Positions 1 to 9,811 of a stretch of 64,000 nt of DNA are shown piece by piece. This stretch comes from Nitrospirota bacterium. Lineage in GTDB: Bacteria > Nitrospirota > Thermodesulfovibrionia > UBA6902. The stretch is from contig JACRMS010000028.1 in the NCBI GenBank assembly GCA_016214845.1, positions 16,070 through 80,069 on the forward strand, in the 5' to 3' direction. Position 1 is the first letter of the stretch. Each line of letters begins with the position of its first letter. The translations under genes and the position numbers were made by a program. The notes below the pieces were generated by a model. It was not told the origin of the DNA and made no database searches. It was given only the letters and a program-made list of their open reading frames with translations.

Positions 1-1185
1 CGGTATACCCGTGATGCTCAATGTGGCTATAACGAATACGGCGTAAGTGACTGGCATGTACTTTTTCAGCCCGCCCATCTTCTGCATGTTCTGTTCATTA
101 CCAAGCGCGTGAATGACGCTTCCTGAACCGAGGAAGAGAAGCGCCTTGAAATACGCGTGCGTGTAGAGATGAAATATCCCGGCGGAATAAGCGCCCACGC
201 CGAGGGCCAGGAACATATAGCCTAACTGGCTTACCGTTGAATAAGCGATGACGCGCTTTATGTCATTTTGCACAAGGCCGATAGAGGCCGCGAATATTGA
301 AGTCACACCGCCTACTATCGCCACAGTGTTCATTGCCGTGTGTGAAAGGCTGAAGAGCGGGTTGCAGCGCGCCACTAAAAATACGCCCGCCGTGACCATT
401 GTCGCAGCGTGTATCAACGCGGAGACAGGCGTGGGGCCTTCCATCGCGTCAGGCAGCCAGACGTGAAGCGGCATCTGCGCGGATTTTCCGACAGCGCCGC
501 AGAAAAGCAGGAGGCATATTAATGTTATAAGATCAACGTCGCTGCCGAAGATATTTATTGTCTGCCCCGCAATGCTGCCCGCATCGCTGAAGACCTGTGT
601 GTACTCAAGGCTCCCGTATGTAAGGAAGACGAGTATCACGCCAAGCCCGAACCCGAAGTCTCCGAACCTGTTTACGATGAACGCCTTTTTGCCCGCGTTG
701 GCAGCGGACTTTTTCTCATACCAGAAGCCTATCAGGAAATACGAACACAGTCCGACCGCCTCCCACCCGAAATAAAGGAGCAGGAAATTGTTCGCCATAA
801 CAAGTATGAGCATGGAGAAGACGAACAGGCTCAAGTACGAGAAGAAACGGTAATATCCTTTGTCGCCGTGCATGTAGCCGATGGAATAAATAAAGATCAA
901 AGTGCTGATCGACGTGACGACAATAAGCATTATCGCCGTCAGTTGATCGATGAGAAAGCCGATTGTCACAGTGAAAGTGCCTGATACTATCCAGTTGTAA
1001 ATATTTATATTGATAACATTCCCGGAAGCCACATCCATAAAGGCACTGAGCGCGAGGATAAAGGAAGCCGCAACAGTCGGCACCGCGATCCAGTGCGCCT
1101 TGTCTTTGATGAAGTTTCTGCCAAACAGGATATTGATAATGAACGCGATCAACGGCAGTAACGGTATCAGTATATATTTCAGCAT
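1..1185 (-). CDS. nuoL: NADH-quinone oxidoreductase subunit L, truncated at the window edge (start ATG at 1185, runs off position 1)
   Basis: Reverse-strand translation from 1185 gives MLKYILIPLLPLIAFIINILFGRNF... with antiporter-like TM helices and motifs matching NuoL (LIGFWY, HAYFKALLFLGSGSVIHA). It sits immediately downstream of nuoK in the canonical nuoK-nuoL order. It is absent from the ORF track because it is open at the window edge. Confidence 0.85.
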   Translation of the reverse strand, partial: MLKYILIPLLPLIAFIINILFGRNFIKDKAHWIAVPTVAASFILALSAFMDVASGNVININIYNWIVSGTFTVTIGFLIDQLTAIMLIVVTSISTLIFIYSIGYMHGDKGYYRFFSYLSLFVFSMLILVMANNFLLLYFGWEAVGLCSYFLIGFWYEKKSAANAGKKAFIVNRFGDFGFGLGVILVFLTYGSLEYTQVFSDAGSIAGQTINIFGSDVDLITLICLLLFCGAVGKSAQMPLHVWLPDAMEGPTPVSALIHAATMVTAGVFLVARCNPLFSLSHTAMNTVAIVGGVTSIFAASIGLVQNDIKRVIAYSTVSQLGYMFLALGVGAYSAGIFHLYTHAYFKALLFLGSGSVIHALGNEQNMQKMGGLKKYMPVTYAVFVIATLSITGIP

Positions 1186-1223
1186 ATGTCTCTTTGCCTC
1201 ATTTTAATGTTCATGCTGTTTCA

Positions 1224-1287
1224 TGTCATGTTTCACTTGTTTCAGCATCTCTTTGTTGATAGACCCTGAAACGAGTTCAGGGTGACA
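1224..1287. repeat. Intergenic palindromic element, family A copy 1 (TGTCATG..CTTGTTTC.GCATCTCT..AGACCCTGAAAC.AGTTCAGGGTGACA)
   Basis: Near-identical to the copy at 2805-2866 and, inverted, to the copy at 3896-3956. It has a GTCA...TGAC outer frame around two short hairpins and lies in the nuoK-nuoL gap. Confidence 0.7.
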
Positions 1288-1325
1288 GTCCGCCAGTCTG
1301 TCCTCTTTGTTCTGTGTTCTGTCAT

Positions 1326-1628
1326 TTACCCTTTCATCAAATTGATCTCATCCACCTTGATAGTGGGGTTGTTCCTGTAAAACGCGATCAGTATCGCCAG
1401 CCCGATCGCGGCCTCGGCAGCCGCGACGGTTATGATGAAAAACACGAGTATCTGCCCTCTCATGGACTGAAGATAATGACTGAACGCCACAAGGCTGATG
1501 TTCACGGAATTCAGCATCAGTTCCAGGGACAGAAATATAAGTATCAAATTACGCCTTGAAAGAAAACCGAACACGCCGATGCTGAACATCACCGCGCTAA
1601 GTAATATGTACCAGCTTAACGGGACCAA
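1326..1628 (-). CDS. nuoK: NADH-quinone oxidoreductase subunit K
   Basis: 100-aa protein with three TM helices and a typical NuoK sequence ([27 protein letters not shown]...). It sits in operon position between nuoJ and nuoL. Confidence 0.9.
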   Translation of the reverse strand: MVPLSWYILLSAVMFSIGVFGFLSRRNLILIFLSLELMLNSVNISLVAFSHYLQSMRGQILVFFIITVAAAEAAIGLAILIAFYRNNPTIKVDEINLMKG

Positions 1629-1650
1629 TTAAAACCTCCTCATAAAAAAG

Positions 1651-1725
1651 GTAGTCAGTAGTCAGTAGCTGGTAGTCAGGGAAAAAACCGGCCTCCCCCT
1701 TAACTACTAACTACTGACTACTATC
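1651..1725. repeat. Heptamer-tandem hairpin (GTAGTCA x4 / TAACTAC-TGACTAC complement) in the nuoJ-nuoK gap
   Basis: gtagtcagtagtcagtagctggtagtcagg...ttaactactaactactgactactatc. The arms are tandem 7-mers and their reverse complements around an A-rich loop. It may act as a terminator or attenuator. Confidence 0.6.
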
Positions 1726-1731
1726 TACATA

Positions 1732-2247
1732 TTATTCCAGTTTCCTCTTTGCCAAAACTACCGCGCCCACTACTGCTATCAATAAGATCAACGACGCTAT
1801 CTCAAAGGGCAGCAAAAATTCAGAGTATAAGACCTTGCCGACGGTCATCATATGGCCGTCCGATCTTACCGCGTCTATACTGTATGGTCCTAACGGCGGG
1901 ACCACGGTAATCTTGCCGACTATCATAATTAAGAACACCACAAGGACTACGCCGATGCCTATTCCAACAGGCCACTGCTTCTGGAACCTCTTCTCCGTCT
2001 CTTCCTTCCGCAAATTAAGCATCATGATGACAAACAGGAACAGGACAAGTATCGCTCCGGCGTATATTATTATCTGTATGGCGGCCAGAAATTCAGCGTT
2101 CAGGAAAAGGTAAAGCGCCGCGATGTGGGCAAAGAGTATAAGCATATACAAAACGCTGTGGACCGGGTTCTTCCTCGTCACCACCATGAGTGACAATCCT
2201 GTCATCATGACCGCAAAATATACAAAGAACAACTGCGGTGTGCTCAT
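1732..2247 (-). CDS. nuoJ: NADH-quinone oxidoreductase subunit J
   Basis: 171-aa polytopic membrane protein in NuoJ position. Its stop overlaps the nuoI start by 4 nt. Confidence 0.85.
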   Translation of the reverse strand: MSTPQLFFVYFAVMMTGLSLMVVTRKNPVHSVLYMLILFAHIAALYLFLNAEFLAAIQIIIYAGAILVLFLFVIMMLNLRKEETEKRFQKQWPVGIGIGVVLVVFLIMIVGKITVVPPLGPYSIDAVRSDGHMMTVGKVLYSEFLLPFEIASLILLIAVVGAVVLAKRKLE

Positions 2248-2810
2248 TGCCGTGTCCTCTCTTCCTCTTTAATTACCTGCTGAGCTCCGAAGTCCACTGC
2301 TTTCGGCCTCCAGAATTTCTCCAGGTACATTTTCCCCTTATCACCTGCCATGTATTTGTCCCAGTTTTCCAAGAGGCGTTCCTTTGTATAATAAAATTCC
2401 TTCCTGGTGTAGCCGGAATATTCAAAGTGGTCGGTAAGCGCGATCGCCCCGAACGGACAGGCCTCCACGCAATACGCGCAGTAAACACATCTCAGTACTT
2501 CTATCTCATATCTGTCCACAACTTTTTTGTGGTTTTCGTCTTCGCTTGTATAAATATGTATGCACTGCGAAGGGCATATTGCAGCGCAGAGGCCGCAGCC
2601 CACGCATTTCTCCTTGCCCGTCTCAGGGTCCTTCACAAGCGCGTGGAGCCCCCTTGAACCGGGGAAAGGCTCCCTCTTCTCCTTTGGATACTGCCTCGTG
2701 ACCGCGGGTGTCACCATATGCTTAAAGGTGAGGGCAAGCCCCTGGAGGATCTCAATGAAAAATACTTTTTTAATGAGTTCGTTGGCTGTCATAATTCTTT
2801 TTATTGTCAT
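2244..2810 (-). CDS. nuoI: NADH-quinone oxidoreductase subunit I (2x[4Fe-4S] ferredoxin-type)
   Basis: Two CxxCxxCxxxCP motifs (CVGCGLCAAICP and CVYCAYCVEACP) and the NuoI-like N-terminus. Confidence 0.9.
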   Translation of the reverse strand: MTIKRIMTANELIKKVFFIEILQGLALTFKHMVTPAVTRQYPKEKREPFPGSRGLHALVKDPETGKEKCVGCGLCAAICPSQCIHIYTSEDENHKKVVDRYEIEVLRCVYCAYCVEACPFGAIALTDHFEYSGYTRKEFYYTKERLLENWDKYMAGDKGKMYLEKFWRPKAVDFGAQQVIKEEERTRQ

Positions 2811-2866
2811 GCCGAACTTGTTTCGGCATCTCTCTTTTAAGACCCTGAAACAAGTTCAGGGTGACA
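2805..2866. repeat. Intergenic palindromic element, family A copy 2
   Basis: tgtcatgccgaacttgtttcggcatctctcttttaagaccctgaaacaagttcagggtgaca, near-identical to the copy at 1224-1287. It lies in the nuoH-nuoI gap. Confidence 0.7.
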
Positions 2867-2889
2867 TCATTAAATTTTGTTGCACCTTC

Positions 2890-3870
2890 CTATTTCCATA
2901 AAATTTTTATCAACCCCGTCACCACTACGTTCGCCAATGCCAGAGGTATAAATAACTTCCACCCGAGGCTCATTAGCTGGTCATATCTGTATCTTGGCAA
3001 GGTAGCCCTTATCCAGAAATAGATAAATATACAGCCGTAGATCTTCAGCAAAAGCCAGACGATCTTCGGGACACCGGCGAATATTCCAGAATCAGGGCCG
3101 TTCCATCCGCCCAAAAAGCAGATGGTGCCCAGCGCCGACATAATGAACATCCCCGCGTATTCAGCCATAAAGAACAGGCCGAAGCGCATCCCGCTGTATT
3201 CCGTGGCATAGCCCGCAACAAGCTCGGTCTCTGCCTCCGGCAGGTCAAAGGGCGCCCTGTTCGTCTCGGCAATTGCCGACATGACGAATATTAAACATGC
3301 AACCGGCTGTGAAAAGATAAACCAGTGCCCGCCGGACTGCGCACTGACTATATCCGAAAGGTTCGCGCTGCTCGACATCATCATGATGCCGACGAGGCTC
3401 AACCCCATAGAAATTTCGTAGCTGATGACCTGCGCCGATGAGCGCAAACCGCCAAGGAACGAATACTTTGAATTGGACGCCCATCCGGCAAGTATGACGC
3501 TGTAGGCGCCGATAGATGAAAGCGCCAGCATATATAAAATTCCGATATTAAGATTGGCAATTGAAAAATTCTTCCATAACGGTATGACCGCAAGCGAAGA
3601 CACTGCGGAAATCACTCCGATGACAGGGGCTATATAGAATATCGGCTTGTCCGCGTTTGCGGGAATGATGTCTTCCTTAAAGAACAGTTTCAGAAAGTCC
3701 GCAATCGGCTGAAGCAGCCCGTGCCAGCCTACCCTCATGGGCCCGAGCCGGGCCTGCATATGGCCGATGACCTTCCTCTCGAAATACACAACATACGCCA
3801 CATGAAGCAAAAGCACATTGACCGCTATAAATGTCTTCAGGAATATCCAGAACATGTCCGTCATTGTCAT
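2890..3870 (-). CDS. nuoH: NADH-quinone oxidoreductase subunit H
   Basis: 326-aa polytopic membrane protein with NuoH/ND1-like motifs (GPMRVGWHGLLQPIADFLKL, ETNRAPFDLPEAE). Confidence 0.9.
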   Translation of the reverse strand: MTMTDMFWIFLKTFIAVNVLLLHVAYVVYFERKVIGHMQARLGPMRVGWHGLLQPIADFLKLFFKEDIIPANADKPIFYIAPVIGVISAVSSLAVIPLWKNFSIANLNIGILYMLALSSIGAYSVILAGWASNSKYSFLGGLRSSAQVISYEISMGLSLVGIMMMSSSANLSDIVSAQSGGHWFIFSQPVACLIFVMSAIAETNRAPFDLPEAETELVAGYATEYSGMRFGLFFMAEYAGMFIMSALGTICFLGGWNGPDSGIFAGVPKIVWLLLKIYGCIFIYFWIRATLPRYRYDQLMSLGWKLFIPLALANVVVTGLIKILWK

Positions 3871-3895
3871 AGTTTTTTACCTAATTTCTGTTTTC

Positions 3896-3956
3896 TGTCA
3901 CCCTGAACCTTGTGCTGAACTTGATTCAGTATTGTTTCAGGGTCTCATGATTAACT
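3896..3956. repeat. Intergenic palindromic element, family A copy 3 (inverted orientation, longer internal loop)
   Basis: tgtcaccctgaacc...gtttcagggtct. Its reverse complement matches agaccctgaaac...gttcagggtgaca of copies 1 and 2. It lies in the nuoG-nuoH gap. Confidence 0.6.
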
Positions 3957-4025
3957 TCTTCTGCATAGATGCTGAAATAAATTCAGCATGACATTTTGCA
4001 TCCATTATAACTTTTAAAAAAACTT

Positions 4026-6590
4026 TTACAATTTTTTTATCTTTACCTCGCAGCCCTCGATGCCGGGGGCCTTTGTTACTTTATCAATATTGCAGGTCAT
4101 TAAACTGAAAACTCCGCCGCCCTGAAAATTGTTGCTGAAATAAACCCTGTTGTCCTTAATTGAGTCATCAATGGAAACGGCCGCCTCCCTGCTTCCTGTC
4201 TGGGTGAAGAACTGCACCCTGTCACCTTCATTCAAACCCAGCCTTTCGGCGCTCTTCGCTCCGACCTTCAGGGCCGGCTCTGGATATATTTTCAGAAGTG
4301 CCGGCGACCTTCTTGAAAGCGTGCCTGAATGATACAGCGGTTTTTCAACCGACAGGTAGAAGTCTTCTTTATATTGATTTGAGGCATAGGACGCCTCAGG
4401 CACTTCACTTGTCTCTCCTCTGAGAGGCTCTCCGAGATAAGGCCATAAAGAGTTTCCCAGGCTTATTTCACGGTATGTCAGATCGCGGTAAAGAGGAGAG
4501 ACCTTTGCCATCTCATCCATGATGTCCTTTGGTTCCAAGTATTCCATTTTGTATCCCATTTTATTAGATACCTCGGAGACGATCCTCCAGTCTTCCATGC
4601 CGTGCGATACCTCCACCGCTTTTTTCTGCAACTGGATCCTGCGTTCGAGGTTTGTGTATGTGCCTGTCTTCTCCGTCCATCCCAGGGCGGGTAAAACCAC
4701 ATCGGCGATCTCCGCGGTCTCGGTAAGAAAGATGTCCTGCACCACAAGGAAATCGAGCGCCTTCAGGGAATCTTTTATAGAAGACCTGCCCGGAAGATTG
4801 AACACGGGATTCTCTCCCATGATATATAAGGCTTTTATTTTCTTGTCCCTCGCGCCTGCGATGATCTCAAAGAGGGTCATGCCGTCATCAGCAGGGACAG
4901 CTCCGTTCCATGCGTCTTCAAATTTTCTCTTGAAGTCATGGATACTGAGCGGCCTTCCGCCGGGGAGCATGTCGGGAACACATCCCGCGTCAATGAGTCC
5001 CTGCTCGTTGGGTTTTTCAGAGAGAAGATACAGCCTCGCCTCAAGTAAATATGTAAGTCCGGCAATGGCGAAAAGCGCCCTGTGCCCGTCTGTGCGCTGC
5101 ATAATATCCATACCCAGGACAATGGATGTGGAAGGGCTGTTCAGAAGTATGTTTTTAAGTTCATCGAAGCCCTGAACGTTTTTATTCCCGGCTGACTTTT
5201 CAGAAAGCATCCTGATCCCTTTGTCTACGGCTGAGATCTCGCCGCGCACACCCTTGGCATGAGAGAGCTCAACTAAGAGGGCGTCAAGCACATCGGCTTC
5301 CTTAAACACATCTGGGACCAATTGAAGGGTCTTGAATCTCTCAAGCCCTTTTGCGTTGCCGAGTACGATAATCTTCGCGCCTCTCCTTGCAGCCTCCCTG
5401 ATGGAAAGGCCGAGTATCGGATTGACAGCGGTAGGATCGCCACCGAGCACTAAGATGGTCTCTGAATTTTTCAGTCCCTCTATGATATTGGCTGTTATGC
5501 CCTGGCCTAACACGTCTTCAAAATATTTCTGCGCTGCCGCGAATCCCGTCCTTGATATCGAATCGATATTGTTTGTGCCGCAAGCCATGCGCATGAATTT
5601 CTGGAACACATAGTTGTCTTCATTTGAGCATCTCGGCGAGGCGATGCCCGCGATGGCAGTACCGCCGTCCGCTTGTTTGATCTTTGTCAGTCTGTCGGCG
5701 ATAAGGGACAATGCCTCGCTCCAGGTGCTTTCCTCAAGCTTGCCGTTCTTTCTGACAAGAGGGGTCTTAAGCCTGTCAGGGCTGTTTATGTATTCGTAGC
5801 CGAACCTGCCCCTTGAGCAGAGAAGGCCCTTGTTTAATCCAAAACCGATTTTGGGTATCACGCGCTTAATGGATTCATCTCTCACCTGCACCACAAGGGA
5901 GCACCCGACGCCGCAGTATGAACAGACCGTCTCCACTTCCCTGTCCACCTGCCACGGCCTGAAGCTGTGAATGTAGAGGCGGCTGAGTATCGCGCCAACG
6001 GGACAGACCGTCAGGCAGTTGCCGCAGTATTCGCAGTTAAATGAGGCCGAAGAAAAAGGCTCCATCCTCGAATGTCCGGCCCTCCCCATAATTGAAATAG
6101 CGGAAGCGCCCTGAACGTCGCTGCACATCCTGACGCATCGTGTGCAGACAACGCACCTCTCCATGTTCCTGGCGAGTATCTGGTCCTTGTGGCTTTCCGG
6201 GACCCTCCGTTTTTCTTCCTTGAACCTGCCCACCGTAGGCCCGTATTTTTTCACGAGGTCCTGCAGCTCGCACTCTCCAGCCTTGTCGCAGTAAGGGCAG
6301 TCCAGCGGATGATTGATGAGCAGAAATTCCAGTATCCCGCGCCTCACCCTGGAGATTGTCTCGGACTCCGTCCTTACGATCATGCCGTCAGCAGCGGTCA
6401 GGGTGCACGCGGTCTGAAGCCTCGGCATCCTCTCAACCTCCACCACGCAAAGCCTGCACCCTCCGAAGGGTTTCACAGCCTCGTGGTAGCAGAGGGTGGG
6501 GATCTTTATCCCCGCCTGCTTCGCCGCTTCAAGCACGGTCACCGGTTTTTCCAGTGTGATCTCTTTGTCGTTTATGGTCAGTGTTATCAT
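4026..6590 (-). CDS. nuoG: NADH-quinone oxidoreductase subunit G (75 kDa). N-terminal 2Fe-2S, 4Fe-4S clusters, then a molybdopterin-oxidoreductase-like domain
   Basis: N-terminus CYHEAVKPFGGCRLCVVEV plus HPLDCPYCDKAGECELQD and CxxCxxC motifs. The NuoG-type SPRCSNEDNYVFQKFMR...NNIDSISRTGF motif has no catalytic Cys/SeCys. Operon position supports the call. Confidence 0.9.
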   Translation of the reverse strand: MITLTINDKEITLEKPVTVLEAAKQAGIKIPTLCYHEAVKPFGGCRLCVVEVERMPRLQTACTLTAADGMIVRTESETISRVRRGILEFLLINHPLDCPYCDKAGECELQDLVKKYGPTVGRFKEEKRRVPESHKDQILARNMERCVVCTRCVRMCSDVQGASAISIMGRAGHSRMEPFSSASFNCEYCGNCLTVCPVGAILSRLYIHSFRPWQVDREVETVCSYCGVGCSLVVQVRDESIKRVIPKIGFGLNKGLLCSRGRFGYEYINSPDRLKTPLVRKNGKLEESTWSEALSLIADRLTKIKQADGGTAIAGIASPRCSNEDNYVFQKFMRMACGTNNIDSISRTGFAAAQKYFEDVLGQGITANIIEGLKNSETILVLGGDPTAVNPILGLSIREAARRGAKIIVLGNAKGLERFKTLQLVPDVFKEADVLDALLVELSHAKGVRGEISAVDKGIRMLSEKSAGNKNVQGFDELKNILLNSPSTSIVLGMDIMQRTDGHRALFAIAGLTYLLEARLYLLSEKPNEQGLIDAGCVPDMLPGGRPLSIHDFKRKFEDAWNGAVPADDGMTLFEIIAGARDKKIKALYIMGENPVFNLPGRSSIKDSLKALDFLVVQDIFLTETAEIADVVLPALGWTEKTGTYTNLERRIQLQKKAVEVSHGMEDWRIVSEVSNKMGYKMEYLEPKDIMDEMAKVSPLYRDLTYREISLGNSLWPYLGEPLRGETSEVPEASYASNQYKEDFYLSVEKPLYHSGTLSRRSPALLKIYPEPALKVGAKSAERLGLNEGDRVQFFTQTGSREAAVSIDDSIKDNRVYFSNNFQGGGVFSLMTCNIDKVTKAPGIEGCEVKIKKL

Positions 6591-6616
6591 AATTAGTTTA
6601 TAAATTCCATTTTGTC

Positions 6617-6692
6617 TGTCATTCCGGCAGTCCTTAAGCCGGAATCTATTTTTTATTCTCTGGATTCCCGCTCAACAGACTGCGGGAATGAC
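6617..6692. repeat. Intergenic palindromic element, family A subtype with attccggc/attcccgc stems (copy 4)
   Basis: tgtcattccggcagtccttaagccggaat...ggattcccgctcaacagactgcgggaatgac. It shares the GTCA...TGAC outer frame and double-hairpin plan with the copy at 22276-22344. It lies in the nuoF-nuoG gap. Confidence 0.65.
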
Positions 6693-6706
6693 GCAAAGAA
6701 TAAATT

Positions 6707-7969
6707 CTAACTGACAAATTCACATTTCCCGTTTTTTATATGTTCCTCAAATTCATTCCTGAAATATTTCAACATGCCTGTAACAACTCCCGCGGCCCCG
6801 TCTCCAAGGGGACAAAAGGTCTTGCCTGACATTATCCATGTGACATCGGTCAGCAGTTCAATGTCCCCTTCCCTTCCCTGCCCGTTCTCTATACGGTGAA
6901 GAATTTTTCTGAGCCATTCTGTTCCTTCCCTGCAAGGGACGCATTTGCCGCATGATTCATGTTCAAAGAATTTCAGCGCCCTGTATGTAACCTTGACCAT
7001 GCACACGGACTCATCAAGGACAATTACCGCGCCTGAGCCAAGCATACTCCCGGCCTTTTGCATCGCGACAAAGTCCATCGCGCAATCTATGTTTGCGGCG
7101 GGCAGCACCGGCGTGGAAATTCCGCCCGGTATCACGGCCTTCAATTTCTTTCCGTTCCTGATTCCCCCGGCGTGTTTGTAAATAATGTCCTTCAGGCTTG
7201 TGCCCATCGGAAGTTCGTATACCCCCGGTTTCTCAACGCAGCCGCTTACACTGTATAACTTTGGCCCCGGGCAGTCTTTGCTTCCTATCTTTGAATAGGC
7301 TTCCCCGCCTATCTCAAGAACGTATGGAAGATTGGAGAGCGTCTCAACATTATTGACGATTGTCGGCATGTTCCACGCGCCGACATTCACCGGAAACGGA
7401 GGCTTGTTCCTCGGCTGTCCTTTCCTGCCCTCGATGGATTCAATCAGCGCGGTCTCTTCTCCGCAGATATACGCGCCTGCCCCCTGGTAAACGCCAAGGT
7501 GGAACCTCTTTCCTTTACCGAGGATGTTGTCGCCTAAATAATTCTTTTCATATGCCTGCTGTATCGCTTTTTTGAGGACGTCTTTCGCGTAAGGGTACTC
7601 GCCCCTGATATATATATATCCGTATTCAGAGCCGAGCGTGTATCCTGAGATCGTCATGCCCTCTATCAGGAGGTGCGGATTTTTTTCGAGTATCGGACGG
7701 TCCTTGAATGTGCCCGGTTCGCCCTCGTCGGCATTGCATAAAAGATATTTCGGGAATTTCGGGTCCGCCATTGCGAAACTCCATTTCATGCCGGTCGGGA
7801 AACCTGCGCCGCCCCTTCCCCTGAGCCCCGCCTTCTTTACTTCTTCGAGTATGTCCTTTGGCTGCATATAAAGGGCCTTGGATAAATTCCTGTATCCGCC
7901 GACCTTGACGTATTCGTCCACGTCGGCTGAGTTGGGGTTTTCAATGTTCTTTAATAAAAATTTTTCCAT
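6707..7969 (-). CDS. nuoF: NADH-quinone oxidoreductase subunit F (51 kDa; NADH/FMN-binding, 4Fe-4S)
   Basis: GRGGAGFPTGMKW FMN/NADH motif and ESCGKCVPCREG cluster N3 motif. Length 420 aa. Confidence 0.9.
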   Translation of the reverse strand: MEKFLLKNIENPNSADVDEYVKVGGYRNLSKALYMQPKDILEEVKKAGLRGRGGAGFPTGMKWSFAMADPKFPKYLLCNADEGEPGTFKDRPILEKNPHLLIEGMTISGYTLGSEYGYIYIRGEYPYAKDVLKKAIQQAYEKNYLGDNILGKGKRFHLGVYQGAGAYICGEETALIESIEGRKGQPRNKPPFPVNVGAWNMPTIVNNVETLSNLPYVLEIGGEAYSKIGSKDCPGPKLYSVSGCVEKPGVYELPMGTSLKDIIYKHAGGIRNGKKLKAVIPGGISTPVLPAANIDCAMDFVAMQKAGSMLGSGAVIVLDESVCMVKVTYRALKFFEHESCGKCVPCREGTEWLRKILHRIENGQGREGDIELLTDVTWIMSGKTFCPLGDGAAGVVTGMLKYFRNEFEEHIKNGKCEFVS

Positions 7970-7974
7970 TGTCC

Positions 7975-8439
7975 CTATTTATATTTCCCTAAGACTTCTT
8001 CTATCCTCTGTTCAGAGAGGTTGTCGTAGAAATCAGTGTCGACAAGCATCGCAGGCGCGGTGCCGCAGGCGCCTATGCATTCCATTATCACAAGTGAAAA
8101 CCTGCCGTCCTGGCTTATGCCGCCCGGCTGGACACCGTATTTATTGCCGATGAAATCCACCAGTTTTTCCGCGCCCAGGACCATGCACGAAATGTTTGTG
8201 CAGAGCTGTATCACGTGGCGTCCCACCGGCTTGTTCTTGAACATCGCGTAAAAGGACGCTGTCCCTCTGACCTCAGCCTCAGGCAGGTTCAGTGCCTTTG
8301 AAACGCACAGCATGGCCTCATGGCTGAGCCATCCGAATTCCCTCTGCGCGATATAAAGCGACGGCAGGAGCGCGCTCCTCCGGTCAGGATATTTCACCCT
8401 TATATCGTTGATCTCTTTTAAAACAGTTTCGTTAAACAT
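7975..8439 (-). CDS. nuoE: NADH-quinone oxidoreductase subunit E (24 kDa; thioredoxin-like 2Fe-2S)
   Basis: CxxxxC...CxxxC ligand pattern (CTNISCM ... CIGACGTAPAM). Length 154 aa, in operon position. Confidence 0.9.
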   Translation of the reverse strand: MFNETVLKEINDIRVKYPDRRSALLPSLYIAQREFGWLSHEAMLCVSKALNLPEAEVRGTASFYAMFKNKPVGRHVIQLCTNISCMVLGAEKLVDFIGNKYGVQPGGISQDGRFSLVIMECIGACGTAPAMLVDTDFYDNLSEQRIEEVLGKYK

Positions 8440-8449
8440 AGTTAAAAAT

Positions 8450-8516
8450 GGGGTTGGGGGTTAGGGATCGGGGATTAGTTTTTTTAACTAACCCCTAATC
8501 CCCAGTCCCTGATCCC
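8450..8516. repeat. G-rich heptamer hairpin, family B copy 1 (GGGGTTG GGGGTTA GGGATCG GGGATTA / complement)
   Basis: ggggttgggggttagggatcggggattag-ttttttt-aactaacccctaatccccagtccctgatccc. It lies in the nuoD-nuoE gap and resembles the copies at 22805-22869 and 59638-59667. Confidence 0.65.
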
Positions 8517-8521
8517 TTCCT

Positions 8522-9739
8522 TTACCTGTCACACTCTCCGAGCACTATATCTATGCTCCCGATATTCGCTATTATGTCCGCGATAAGCTCTCCTTCACAG
8601 AGCTTGGGCAATGCCGAAACATGCACAAAGGAAGGGGACCTTACCCTCATGCGGTATGGTTTACCCGTGCCGTCGCTTACAAAATAAAATCCGAGTTCAC
8701 CCTTCGGGACTTCTGTAGCGACGTAAATCTCTCCCTCAGGCGCTGTCTGCGGCCCTTTTGTTATAAGCACAAAATGGTGAATAAGATGTTCCATGTCTGT
8801 AAGGACCTTGTCCTTCGCAGGCAAAATAAATTTCGGGGCGTCAGCCATGATAGGCCCTTCAGGCAGCATCTCTATGCACTGCCGTATGATCGAATTTGAC
8901 TGGCGGAACTCGTCCATCCTTACCCGGTAACGGTCGTAGATGTCGCCGTTCTTGCCCACGGGCACTTCCCATTTCACCTTGTCATACGCCCCGTAAGGCA
9001 TTACTTTTCTAATATCGTAGGGGACACCGGAACCTCTTAAAGCAGGCCCGCTCAAGCCCCAGTTAATTGCCTCCTCAGCGGAGATAACTCCGACTCCTTT
9101 TGTGCGGCGCAGCCATATGCGGTTTTTGTTAATAAGGGTCTCGTACTGGTCCACCCTCATGGGAAACTCGGCGGTAAATTTATAAAGGTCGTCAAGCCAT
9201 TGGGGATCGACATCGTTCTTCAGCCCGCCGATCCTTGGATAGCTAACCGTGAGCCTCGCGCCGCAAAGCCTTTCAAACAGATCGAGTATCTTTTCTCTTT
9301 CTCTGAAACAGTAGAGGAATACCGTCATCGCGCCGATGTCAAGGGCGTGGGTGGCAAGCCACAGGAGATGGTTTGCGATACGGCTCATCTCGCCCACAAT
9401 AGTCCTTATGAATTTTGTCCTCTCCGTCAGTTCAATGCCGAACAATTTTTCCACCGCCTCGCAGTAACCGATGTTGTTTGACATTGAAGATATGTAATCA
9501 AGGCGGTCGGTGAGCGGCATTATCTGGAGGTAATTTCTGTGCTCCGCGAGTTTCTCAACGCCCCTGTGAAGATACCCGACATACGGAGTGCACTTGACGA
9601 TGGTCTCTCCGTCAAGGTCCAGAACAATCCTCAAAACGCCGTGAGTGGCCGGGTGTTGGGGCCCTAATTGCAGGGTCAGCTCCTTCGTAGCCAGCCGGAC
9701 GCTTTCTGTGTTGTTTAAAACTTCGCTATTGTTTTTCAT
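8522..9739 (-). CDS. nuoD: NADH-quinone oxidoreductase subunit D (49 kDa)
   Basis: 405 aa with conserved NuoD/NiFe-large-subunit-like blocks ([13 protein letters not shown]..., C-terminal VLGECDR). Confidence 0.9.
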   Translation of the reverse strand: MKNNSEVLNNTESVRLATKELTLQLGPQHPATHGVLRIVLDLDGETIVKCTPYVGYLHRGVEKLAEHRNYLQIMPLTDRLDYISSMSNNIGYCEAVEKLFGIELTERTKFIRTIVGEMSRIANHLLWLATHALDIGAMTVFLYCFREREKILDLFERLCGARLTVSYPRIGGLKNDVDPQWLDDLYKFTAEFPMRVDQYETLINKNRIWLRRTKGVGVISAEEAINWGLSGPALRGSGVPYDIRKVMPYGAYDKVKWEVPVGKNGDIYDRYRVRMDEFRQSNSIIRQCIEMLPEGPIMADAPKFILPAKDKVLTDMEHLIHHFVLITKGPQTAPEGEIYVATEVPKGELGFYFVSDGTGKPYRMRVRSPSFVHVSALPKLCEGELIADIIANIGSIDIVLGECDR

Positions 9740-9811
9740 GGCACAGATTGAGTATCAAATTATAATTTTAAAATTAAGAAACCCGTTTAATTCAGTTTAA
9801 GAAACTGTGTA

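Noticed and set aside
4519-5175. 218-aa plus-strand ORF inside nuoG
   Set aside because: It is antisense to the conserved nuoG coding sequence. The Ser/Pro-rich translation is typical of antisense frames.
8450-8516. Telomere-like CCCTAA/GGGTTA repeats (also at 22805-22869 and 59638-59667)
   Set aside because: These are short internal palindromic hairpins in intergenic gaps of an operon-dense bacterial chromosome. There are only three or four units per arm, always paired with their complement.
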